A stretch of DNA of 64,000 bases from assembly GCA_963706325.1 (NCBI GenBank), contig CAVPLT010000004.1, positions 640,001 to 704,000 of the forward strand. Direction: 5' to 3'. The stretch is from an uncultured Nitrospiraceae bacterium (GTDB taxonomy: Bacteria; Nitrospirota; Nitrospiria; Nitrospirales; Nitrospiraceae). Both the position numbers and the translations under genes were made by a program. Under the pieces are notes generated by a model. That model was given only the letters and a program-made list of their open reading frames with translations. It ran no database searches and had not been told where the DNA came from. This document shows positions 62,616-64,000 of the stretch, one piece after another. The first letter of the stretch is position 1. The number at the start of each line of letters is the position of its first letter.

Positions 62616-64000
62616 ATGCCGCTTCTTGTGCGATATCGAACCATCTTGATTGTCGTGTGCGGAGTCCTCGGATTCTACGCGCTGCTCGGCTTTGTCGGCG
62701 TGCCCTATGCGGTGAAAGCCTATGGAGTGCCGGCGCTGTCCGAGCGTCTGCGTCACCCCGTCCTGTTAGGCGATATTCGGTTCAATCCATTCACGTTTGC
62801 TCTCGTGGTGTCGTCATTCGAGATTCAGGAACCAGATCACACGCCGATGCTGGCTTTTCAAGAATTGTTCGTGAATTTTGAGGGGACTTCACTGGTTCGC
62901 TCGGCGTACCTGTTCGATGAAATCCGACTCACCCGTCCGTTAGGCCTTGTGCACATTCGATCCGACGGCAAACTGAACTTACTGGAGCTTTTTCCTCCGA
63001 GCACGGAGACGCAGGTTGTGACGGCAGACGAACCGACACCGGGAGCAAACGCGAAGGCAGAACGGTTGCCGCCGGTAGACATTAGTCGCATGAGTATACG
63101 GCAAGGAGTGATCGAGTTTCGGGACGATACCAAACGGAAACCGGTCTCAATCGATATTGTACCTATTGAAATTACGCTGCAGAATTTCAGCACCAGGCCC
63201 GGCGATGAGAATGCCTATGCTTTTTCAGCCGAATTTAGCGAAGGGGAGGTCCTTTCTTGGGAAGGGAGTATTCATCTGGACCCATTGGAATCGAGCGGGC
63301 GCTTCTCGCTTGCCAATGTCAAATTGAATACCTTCTGGCCAAGCCTTCGTGATCGATTCCGTTTCGATATCCTCAGCGGGGCGGTCATGCTCGAGGCGCG
63401 GTATCACTTTGATACGTCGGCGGCGCCGATCAACCTGCAACTGTCCGACGGCAAAATCATGCTGTCTGATTTCCGATTGGCCGCAAGTGGGGAACGGCAT
63501 CCGATCGTAAACGTTCCGTCGTTGACGCTGGAGGCTATTCGGCTGGACCTTCCCAAGCAAGAGCTGGAGATGCAGACGATCAGTCTCACCGGCGCAGACG
63601 TGCGAATCTGGATGGCGGCTGATGGAGTGATCTATCCCGTGCCGCTGTTCGATCCGGTGGCGGAGGATTCTGCCCCTACTCGGCAGGCGCCCGGCCCTGC
63701 GCGGCCGTGGACGGTGGATGTGCACAAGGTTGCCGTCACGAACACCCACGTGTCATTCGAGGATCGTCGCCTGAAAACACCTGCGATGCTGATTATCGAC
63801 GATTTGACCGTGACCGTCGACGATCTCCATGTGCCCTTCAAACGACCGCTGCCGATCGCCGCCAAACTTCGTCTGAATTCGCAGGGGACGATTGAGAGCA
63901 AGGGCACAGTACAGCTCGATCCACTGCAGGCCGATCTCACGATGGCCCTGTCCCAGATCGGCCTCCGCCATTTTCAGCCCTACGTTGATCGGTCGGCGCA
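62616..64000 (+). CDS. DUF748 (AsmA-like) protein, runs off the window
   Basis: hand translation MPLLVRYRTILIVVCGVLGFYALLGF...IRFNPFTF...FQELFVNF...DGKLNL; absent from the ORF track, consistent with no stop before the window end. Confidence 0.85.
   Translation, partial: MPLLVRYRTILIVVCGVLGFYALLGFVGVPYAVKAYGVPALSERLRHPVLLGDIRFNPFTFALVVSSFEIQEPDHTPMLAFQELFVNFEGTSLVRSAYLFDEIRLTRPLGLVHIRSDGKLNLLELFPPSTETQVVTADEPTPGANAKAERLPPVDISRMSIRQGVIEFRDDTKRKPVSIDIVPIEITLQNFSTRPGDENAYAFSAEFSEGEVLSWEGSIHLDPLESSGRFSLANVKLNTFWPSLRDRFRFDILSGAVMLEARYHFDTSAAPINLQLSDGKIMLSDFRLAASGERHPIVNVPSLTLEAIRLDLPKQELEMQTISLTGADVRIWMAADGVIYPVPLFDPVAEDSAPTRQAPGPARPWTVDVHKVAVTNTHVSFEDRRLKTPAMLIIDDLTVTVDDLHVPFKRPLPIAAKLRLNSQGTIESKGTVQLDPLQADLTMALSQIGLRHFQPYVDRSA

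Overview
The window looks like a chromosomal segment of a Nitrospira-like bacterium (inferred from gene content and a typical intergenic repeat; not confirmed by a search). Positions ~1-19970 are intact housekeeping/signalling genes (clpS-like, hemW, hybrid sensor kinase, FGE-family and PqqC/CADD-like genes, metH, HD-GYP regulator, rph-rdgB). A DUF748 gene runs off the right end. Between them lies a ~42.6 kb accessory hotspot built around two intact tRNA genes, tRNA-Pro(TGG) at 27830-27906 and tRNA-Arg(TCT) at 55811-55887. Each tRNA appears to have been hit twice. An upstream island duplicates the tRNA 5' half (islands A and C, closely related tyrosine integrases whose stop codon is the tRNA's own T8-A9-G10). 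A downstream island duplicates the 3' half (islands B and D). Island B is a decaying phage-satellite/PICI-like element (int, RHH regulators, terS-like, primase/DUF3987, AlpA/Xis-like, iterons, a C4/CI-like structured RNA with its own promoter) carrying REC/PilZ/MEDS signalling cargo. The islands also share families of small paralogous proteins, mini membrane peptides and duplicated regulatory cassettes, and island C carries a Panacea-type toxin-antitoxin pair. Family assignments are by motif recognition only.
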